64,000 bases of DNA from Balanoglossus misakiensis. Its lineage: Eukaryota > Animalia > Hemichordata. Location: NCBI GenBank assembly GCA_040954595.2, contig CM082594.2, forward strand, positions 6,902,840 through 6,966,839. Direction: 5' to 3'. Under the pieces are notes generated by a model, which was given only the letters and a program-made list of their open reading frames with translations, was not told where the DNA came from and did no database searches. A program made the position numbers and the translations under genes. Below are positions 55,243-64,000 of the stretch, piece after piece (the stretch's first letter is position 1; each line of letters starts with the position of its first letter).

Positions 55243-55730
55243 CAACAGCTACCCGGTATACAAGTAAAAGAACAAATGCTGACTGTTGCTGCGTGGACAA
55301 TATTCGATGTTGAAATGTATGAAGGACAAGAGTTGATATTAAAGAAACACTATCAGAATTATGAAGGTAAGCTATTGGTCATTATGTAAAAACAACCAGA
55401 CATGTGACTGGTTTGTGATGTACTGTTCCAAACAACCAGACACATGAATGGTTTTTGATGTACTGTTCCAAACAACCTGACACGTGACTGGTTTGTAATG
55501 TACAGGTCCAAACAACCAGACACATGACTGGTTTGTAATGTACTGGTCCAAACAACCAGACACGTGACTGGTTTGTAATGTAATGTAGTGGTCCAAACAA
55601 CAGCTACCCGGTATACGAGTACAAGAACCAATGCTGACTCTTGCTGCGTGGACAATATTTGATGTCGAAATGTATGGAAGACAAGAGTTGATGTTAGAGA
55701 AACACTATCAGAGTTATGAAGGTAAGCTAT
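55243..55730 (+). repeat. Two diverged copies of a ~135-bp segment (55243-55376 and 55598-55730)
   Basis: Both copies read ACAACAGCTACCCGGTATAC..GCTGCGTGGACAATATT..AAACACTATCAGA.TTATGAAGGTAAGCTAT. Confidence 0.9.
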
Positions 55731-56545
55731 GTAGTGGGCCAAACAACCAGGCACGTGACTGGTTTGTAATGTAGTGGCCCAAACAACCAGACACGTGACT
55801 GGTTTGTAATGTAGTGGCCCAAACAACCAGACACGTGACTGGTTTGTAATGTAGTGGCCCAAACAACCAGACACGTGACTGGTTTGTAATGTAGTGGCCC
55901 AAACAACCAGACACGTGACTGGTTTGTAATGTAATGTAGTGGTCCAAACAATCAGACACGTGACTGGTTTGTAATGTACTTCTCCAAACAACCAGACACG
56001 TGACTGGTTTGTAATGTAATGTAGTGGTCCAAACAATCAGACACGTGACTGGTTTGTAATGTAGTGGCCCAAACAACCAGACACGTGACTGGTTTGTAAT
56101 GTAATGTAGTGGTCCAAACAATCAGACACGTGACTGGTTTGTAATGTAGTGGCCCAAACAACCAGACACGTGACTGGTTTGTAATGTAATGTAGTGGCCC
56201 AAACAACCAGACACGTGACTGGTTTGTAATGTAATGTAGTGGTCCAAACAATCAGACACGTGACTGGTTTGTAATGTACTTCTCCAAACAACCAGACACG
56301 TGACTGGTTTGTAATGTAATGTAGTGGTCCAAACAATCAGACACGTGACTGGTTTGTAATGTACTTCTCCAAACAACCAGACACGTGACTGGTTTGTAAT
56401 GTAATGTAGTGGTCCAAACAATCAGACACGTGACTGGTTTGTAATATGTACTGGTCCAAACAACCAGACATGTGACTGTTTGTAATTACTGGTCCAAACA
56501 ACCAGACACGTGACTGTTTGTAATTACTTGTCCAAACAACCAGAC
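55390..56545. repeat. Minisatellite with a 40-bp unit (CCAAACAACCAGACACGTGACTGGTTTGTAATGTAGTGG[C/T]) and a 45-bp variant (+GTAAT), about 24 copies in two blocks
   Basis: Directly visible tandem units. The 45+40 alternation gives an 85-bp period, seen in repeat ORFs spaced 85 nt apart. A ~135-bp insert interrupts the array at ~55598-55730. Confidence 0.95.
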
Positions 56546-59500
56546 CTTGTAACACGATAACTTTCGCATAGGTTTAATTAATACCTGGAGTCATTGCGTG
56601 GAAAAATCGCTTGCAGGAATAGAAGAAACAGGTCTATCAGAATCCTGACGACTGTTAAATGGCGCGAAACATATGTCTCCAGACAATAATAAATTGCTAA
56701 AATGGCGTAGGCCATTAACAGTAATATTATAATACGTGTCATTTCTGTTAGATTTTTTGACAAGAATATGATTAAATTGAGTTGGGAATTTGATAAGAAA
56801 TTCTCTGGGGGTTCTCTGAACGACGTCAACTTTTAAATAGGAGAGGCAGGGTACATAATGCGTGGGTTGCACAAAACCTTGAGTTATTCTTCTCAACTAA
56901 TTATTACTGTACAATACAGATACATGTAACTGTGTATGGCAGTCGTTCATTTCTCCCGTTGTCGTTTGTCAACCTTTAACTACGTAGTATAGATATTTCC
57001 TCCAAGAATTCACAATCTCGGCGACAGTTTCTATGACATTTCTGTCAAGTTTACACTTTTCAGTGTCTAAAAATTTGTTGACATGATATCTAGTTTGAAA
57101 TCTTATAGCAATTGTGTAAGTACATATAAAAACTATAACTGCCATTAAGAAACTTTAATATTTTAGTCATATATTCTAGTAAGAGGAAGGAAGCGTGAAT
57201 GTCAGGCATAAATCACTAATTGCAAACTTTTATCTGTGCATCAAAACATTGGGGAGATAATTTAAAAGTATGATGTGAAGTTGATTTTCCGTGAACTTGA
57301 TAATACTGTCACCACATATGCACGTCAATACTATTATATATTTATCTGTGAAATTGCTGTCAACGCTGACTGTGACGATGAAATCTGAGCTCAGCACAGC
57401 GCCCTCAGTTGGGGGACAGTAACTTATTCTTCCGAACTTATAGTTTGCGCGTGGAAAGATGGATAATCATCTTGTCACATACCCCTTCGAATTTGTTTAG
57501 TGAGATGAGATCACAGACATTGCTACAGTGGAATACAGTGTCAGACAAACATCATAGAGGGCAAATGATTTAGCCAGCCAGCCGGACAGGCAGTCAGTCA
57601 ATCAGTCAGGCATAAAAGTCAGAAATGACATGAAGGAAATAGAAACAGACAGACAGGCAGATGGACAGAGGACTGTCGGAGAGACAGAAATCAGAACAGA
57701 AAAAATAACCATGCTAAAAATTTCAAATACACACACAAGAGGCACGATGCTAAAAGTGACGATGAAAGCCTTGTTGGCAACGTCTTCAGATCAGTTTAAG
57801 AAAAATTAAGCCCGGGCGCTGAGGACGAGATTTACGTTAAACTCTCTAATTGGGCCTAGTGATAACTCAAAGCTCTGTCGCATCTGCAGAAAGGAAATAT
57901 TTTCATTTCCTGAGTGGCGCGCCAAAGCCGTATATCTATAAAGCTGACCTGAAATATTTAGCCATAAAGATACGAAAATCCAGAGGGTTCTAAACATATT
58001 TCAACGCTTCCCAAAGGAATAGTGTTGCATTTTGTGGAATTGCTTCAGCATATGATTGCCTCTATGAACTGATGTCACCAGAGAAAAAAGAAAGAATTCC
58101 CAGTCCCAAACAGAAAAAATAAATGAAAAGGACTTGAATCCTTTCGTCCTACGGCAACAAATCAGAGATATATCGTTTGTGTATTTACCTGTGGAGAGTG
58201 AAGGTGTTAAAATATTTAAAGGTGAGGGCCATTGGCTCAAAGCAAGAGAGTACTTTGCACGCCTGCATAAAAAAGTTGAAAGGGTTATAAAAGTTTGAGA
58301 AAGTGCCTTGAACTATGTAGCTTTAGTGAGTTCGATAGACCAGAGAGTGGGGGAGGAAGCCTTGTGAGTCAAAAATTACAAGACCGGTCCTATAAACTAG
58401 CATATTTTCCTTAAGAATTTTAATGATTTGTTTCTTTTTTAATATTTAATAATTACGGTCAACGACGGGGGAACTGTCAGTCTTTTCTCCTCAGCAAGCA
58501 AGTCCTGTAGTGAAAAGCCTTCACCAAACTATTCATATTTTCATTCTAATAAGTTATCTTGGGAAAGTATTTTTCTTGAAATGACATTGTAATACATAAT
58601 ATCAACATGCAAAACGCTTTACGTCACTATGTAGCATATCATATTATCGTCTATTAGACTTTACACAAACAGAAAAACGATTAGGTTTATATACAACGCT
58701 ATCGTTTCTCAAATTATGTGAAAAAATAGAATGTTTTCAGGTTAAAATGATACTAAAACATTCTTATTAAAATATCAAAGTTCACCGCTGCATGTGTGGC
58801 GGCATTCATTATGAATTAGGTTGAAATTATTATTGTTAGGCCTGAACATTCAGACGGCATTACTGTGAAGCGCAGCAAAATATCAGTGTTCCCGACTAAC
58901 AAGTCAATAACTTATTAAAGGGTGAGGGAAACCTAAATCACGACATTGCCAGATTCATAAGAACCACTTAAGCAAATTTGCGAGAACTGCAGGAGATACA
59001 GACAGGTGACAATGGCATTGTCGAACTTAATACAACCAACTGCGAATGTGACCAAATAAATTGCGAGTAAACACTCTAATTGTCAATTGTTGACCTTGTC
59101 TCTGCAGGTGTTGATGAGTAGTCAGACAACAGTATTATTTATACCAGCTTGACGTTATGAGGTTTTACCATATTCAACCCCCTCCTGTGAAAAACTATAA
59201 GCTTGTTGAACGTAGAAATAAAACACTTTTCCATATTAATTATTGGAAATTTAAATCACAAAGGGAGTACATCTTTAAATATTGTACACCCAACCTTTAA
59301 AGGACAGATCCGATCTTTCAATTTTTTAGGATTCAATAACCATTAATTAATAAATCATTTATCAAATTACCGATTGATTATTTATTTAAACATTTCCTGT
59401 ACTTGAAGGTCACTGGAAACATTTGCTTTATAAGCACATAGGTTGATATTATTATCATGATCAGACTGTACATCACATGACTTTGACTTTGTACATGTCC

Positions 59501-60806
59501 AGTTTGTAAACATAGCTTGGGTATCGAAGATGAGAAATTCTACGTACAGATTCGAACTTCAAGGCCATGATTGCTAAGTGACACATTAATTGAGGACTGA
59601 ACTCACCCATCGTCTGGAGAACCAGCTTTTTAAGCGTTGCCGCCCGACAGAATTTTCTGAATCATCCCTCAGTTAAATACTGCTTGCTTTTAGAGCCATT
59701 AAGTTTAAATTTGACCTCTCATTAGTTCATAGCATCTGATGTTAAGTGGCTGTTCAAAATGCTCTTATTTAATGAATCGGCAGTCGGTTAATGGGAAAGG
59801 CCACTCTGGAAATTACTCAATTGAAATTTTTTATTTCGTATCGGATTCTATTTTTGCACAACATCAAATAAGTCTCGATCAATTAATACCATTAGCATTG
59901 TCCAGCCCATTTTGATTCCTTAGTTGTATAACATGCATTCGTTTGTTTCTTGTTTCGTAAATTGTGCTCTTAGCCTAGGTTTTTGACATCTTGTTTTAGA
60001 TACTGGTCTTGATCTAAGTCCCCATGAATAAGCTCTCCCAGATAAGATGTATATGAAACGTATGAAATTCTACTGACGCAATCTTGAAAGTGCGACATGG
60101 GACTAAAAATCACTGTTAGTGCTTAAACTAGCCTTACATGCCCTAAAGTGTTTTACTGTCATAGGAAACATCTTCGATTATTGAATACGCCTCAAGGATA
60201 GTCTACAATATATTAAATTAAGCAGCAAATATCATTTGTGTTTATATATGCTATGAGCAAAGGTAATCCCCCCTGATGAAGTGAAATGCGTTTGAGATCC
60301 TTTAATCAGTTGTAATCTGCGTCACTTATTACTGCATATCAGGGTATTATCCCATCCATACACAATGGTCTGTTCTTGTTAGGCCTGATTTTGCCACAGA
60401 AAACAGGTGTAAATCTTGTCGGAGGTGGGCCTTAATAGTGCCGACCCTGTCACCCATTTCCTGTGATCAGTCGATAAGGGCGCCGGAGACGGTCAGACGT
60501 AACCTTTGCGAAGACAGTGTTTAATTTAAATCATGTCTGGTCACTGTGCAAAGTGAAAGAATTCAATTATAATTGCAGAGTAATAATTGGCTTCTTGTGT
60601 TCCATCATGCGATAGCAGACCTCTCGCCAAATGGAATAGATTGAAACTGGCTGACGTAATTGAATGCAATAGACCTTTTGGTTCAAATCTGTGACGTCTT
60701 CCGCTTACCATAGCCAAGTGATATTGCCGAGATCATTATATTTTGTGTACGTAAGCTTAGACACTAAATGACAGATCTAATCCCAGGAGATAGGTATTAA
60801 TAGGAT

Positions 60807-60956
60807 GATACATACATACATACATACATACATACATACATACATACATACATACATACATACATACATACATACATACATACATACATACATACATACA
60901 TACATGCATACATACATACATACATACATACATACATACATGCATACATACATACA
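60807..60956. repeat. (TACA)n microsatellite
   Basis: Directly visible; it produces the YVCM and IHTY repeat ORFs. Confidence 0.98.
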
Positions 60957-62788
60957 AGCGCACACGCATGCATACATGGAGCCTACATACAGTATATCCA
61001 TAGGCACACTCACAAAAATGTGTGGATCATGTTTCTGGAACTTGTGATGGAAATATCCTTGGGCTAATTTTTTTCCATTGGAATGTCAAGATAATACGTT
61101 TTATCTGTCAAAACGGAAAGTAAGATGTTTCCAGTATTAGAAGCAAAATGTTGATTCTATAAGACGCTCTTACAGTTAAAGTGAATAGGAACTTTCTTCA
61201 TGTTATTTGCATTGCTGGTAAATGAATATGTTTTTCATGGGCTCGGGCAATTCTTTGCAGTGTATATGAACTCCCGTGAGTTTTAGCCTTGGAGGGCCAA
61301 TGCATCGTCTTTGACGGCCTACCTTATTCGATTCACCGTCTAGACTAGATTTGCTTTGATTATTTCGATGAAATAAGATAAAATTGTATCAAGGATTTTC
61401 TGTATTTTACATGGAACATGTCTTCACATATTTGCAAAGCACACGATCCCAGCGTTCGTGATAAGAAGTGACCGTTTGATAGCGGCCGGGAAATGCATTC
61501 CGGGAAAAGCTGAAAAGGAATCTTCAGATGTTGCTGACGTAGGAACTGGTATTAACCAATGAACAGTAAATCCAGTTTGTATGCATGAACCAATGGCAAT
61601 ACAAGGGTGGGTGTGTAGCTAAAGGGTACTTATTTGAACTTTTCCCTGTAGCTTTAACTTTATACAATACCTGCATATCCACGTGATCTTTGACTGTCTC
61701 AGGAGTGGTTGATTTTCTCCCGTGCGTCTCAGACTTGGGTTTGTAGAAACTAGAGCGCCTCGTAGTCTCCAACCGTTTTAAACATCCTCGTAGAAAACTC
61801 CACAAATGTAATTACACAGGGGTATACGAATTGTCTACGTCTTTCTTGGAAACCACGTCGACGTGTAGCTATGGGCTTTACCACATGCTAGTTAATTGAG
61901 AAGTGAGAGAAAGAGGTAAACACGAGTTTGCCAATCATTGCTTCAACCTGTGGCTCCAGTGCATGTATTGCAATATCTCCTCTTCCGTATCTTCTGCCAG
62001 TTACCCAACATGATTTGTCATATTTTCTAGTCGCTACGAGGCAGTTAGTTTAATAACCCAGATTTTATTCCATAATAAAAAAAAGAAGAAATGATGACAA
62101 ATCAGGCAAAAACCGTATGTGAAATTAAATGGAAATTCATCTATTAGTGATACGGTACTTATCTATTCCACAACTGACACAGCGTTTTCGACAAATTACA
62201 GATGTGGTTTGTTCAATGCAGTAATAACCTCTCTTAGACCACGCTTATGCTGTTAGGCTTTTCGTGAGCTGTGTAACGCTGGTCGTGCAAAATTAAATTG
62301 ACTCTATGCGTAGTATCAGCATTTATGAAATGTCCTACTGTGTATAGTCAGAGAGAGAGAGGCAGTTATCACCCAATGATCGGGATTTTCAAAAGAAAAG
62401 GGCAATCTGATCATTATGGTTGAAAATCAACAGAAAATTGGATTAAAGCTGTTGAAAGGGCGCCACCGAGAGCTTTCAAATCCGTAAGATGTGCACCGGA
62501 TAAACTGAGCGACTGTTTAAGGGAACATCGCTCATTAGAGGTGAATGTTGACAGGCACCAAGTCGGTGTAATTTGCCTCTTCAATGGTTGGTAACACATC
62601 TTCAAAAACGCTTAACTGCGGCAACGCGAAAAGTTGAGTCAATTTGGGGTGGCTGAAAAGTGTGCGAGTCTAATTTACTTCCAGTCCGGGGGAAAACGAG
62701 ATGACAAAAATAAAAACTACAGTGTCGTGTTTGAGGGGCAAACGGCAAAAAACCTAGAAGACACTATTGCAAGCTGATGTGTGACGCG

Positions 62789-62937
62789 TTAAAAGTTCTT
62801 CAACATTGCTTCCTGGGAGTTTTCTTCGCCTGAATCCAGGGTGTAAGGCGGCGCTTGAAGATCGGCGAGTCTCTCGGCAACCATCCGGGCCACAGCTATT
62901 TTAAAGAACTTTTCCCATGCCGATTTTTCTGAAACGT
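62789..62937 (-). CDS. Probable terminal coding exon of a gene starting further right; possible paralog of the peptide precursor
   Basis: Strong acceptor ttcctgttgtgttactttgcag|AC. The phase-1 frame is open for 49 codons: (D)VSEKSAWEKFFKIAVARMVAERLADLQAPPYTLDSGEENSQEAMLKNF*. Minus-strand AATAAA at ~62064. Confidence 0.5.
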
Positions 62938-64000
62938 CTGCAAAGTAACACAACAGGAAATCTAGTTGTAAGATCTTGTCACCATGAATTAAAAAACAAT
63001 GTCACGAAAGCCAGAATTCGTTTCCGTGGCAACTACAACTAATTCGCACAGGCTCAGCGGTAAGGGTAAAGACATGTACACAAATGTTCGCGCGTAATAT
63101 GTGTTATCGACTAATTTTGCTTTTGAAGATTGCGCGATCACGGGCGAAACCTTTCGTGTCGGAGACGAAAACAGCATCGCACTTTTAATTGTCGGCCACG
63201 CCAACTTATACAGATTATGTTTTTACACTCTCAGAATAAGCTTCGGCGCCAGTTTCCTGTTGAGCCCATCCGAATGATCATTGAACAGTAAATAGAAAAA
63301 ACATCTCGCGGTTTGTCATCATTCCCCGCAAATTATCGTCCTATTAACTAGACCTAAATTTCTCACCCGGCGTTACCCACTAGGATCTAACACAGTCACA
63401 ACGGCTTAATTTGGCTTGATCGATCGGCCAATCCGACACTGAATCTGATGCCAGCAATCACCGCCGGCAAAGTCAGTTTGGATAAGTAAAATAATTCTAA
63501 CTCTGATTCCAATCCTAGCTTCTGTAAAGTCCGCAGACCATTGCTCTCCTCTCTACTCCACTCTTTGGGGTGAGCGTCCCGCCGGTAAAATTTAACAAAA
63601 TCGGAAACGGATGTGTCGACTGGCAATATATCAATTTTGGTCAATATTTATACCATCGTACTTTTCGCTCAAAGGAAGCGTGCAGTAAATGTGTCGTTAC
63701 AAGTGAATGTTTCTTTGAATGTCAAGAAAGAGTTCCTTGGATACCCGATGTGTGAATGGTTTCTCGGCGCTGATAACACTCTTTCGAGTTTCAATTAATC
63801 AAATGCGGGACAGCATCAGGAAATATATCAAAACCAGAAAACACTATGCACATATTATTTTTATGCATCAAATATTGTTAAAGAAGGTGAACGGTCCATT
63901 TTAATACTGCCTGAATATCCTGCAATAAGAAAGTGTGGATTGGATCAATAAATTATACATAATTAAGCTCTGTTGCTAATGACTGCAGTTCGTAGTGATA

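Noticed and set aside
55390-56545. CRISPR-like array of palindromic repeats
   Set aside because: The units are head-to-tail with no unique spacers, there are no cas genes, and the context is eukaryotic. It is a minisatellite.
55359-56555. Repeat ORFs (MFGPLHYITNQSRV..., up to 225 aa)
   Set aside because: They are translations of the 40/45-bp repeat cycling through frames and starting at non-ATG codons.
60757-61047. YVCM and IHTY repeat ORFs
   Set aside because: Artefacts of the (TACA)n microsatellite.
63396-63644. 82-aa ORF as the upstream exon of the 62789-62937 exon
   Set aside because: No signal peptide, it ends in its own stop codon, and no compatible donor was found.

Overview
This is AT-rich, intron-rich animal genomic DNA, not prokaryotic. 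The gene content and the ASIC features suggest a marine invertebrate deuterostome, which is an inference. Splicing the exons by hand (GT/AG boundaries, phases checked) gives four multi-exon genes: a 26-exon ALK/LTK-family receptor tyrosine kinase (- strand, 6972-30450), cathepsin F with an N-terminal cystatin domain (-, 32821-36558), PLD3 (+, 37079-40712, head-to-head with cathepsin F across an E-box-rich promoter) and an ASIC-like DEG/ENaC channel (-, 42556-49249). It also gives a small TATA-driven three-exon gene for a 79-aa secreted peptide precursor (-, 53532-54321) and a probable paralogous terminal exon at 62789-62937. A palindromic 40/45-bp E-box minisatellite lies at about 55390-56545. 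The most unusual observations are: (1) the ALK first exon encodes, after the signal peptide, an intronless domain of about 225 aa resembling the mainly prokaryotic DNRLRE/CBM96-type module, and the ALK EGF-like domain is cut to two cysteines; (2) a disulfide-loop prohormone I cannot assign to a known family, possibly part of a tandem family; (3) a lysosomal CTSF-PLD3 bidirectional pair. All calls come from reading the sequence; no database search was run.
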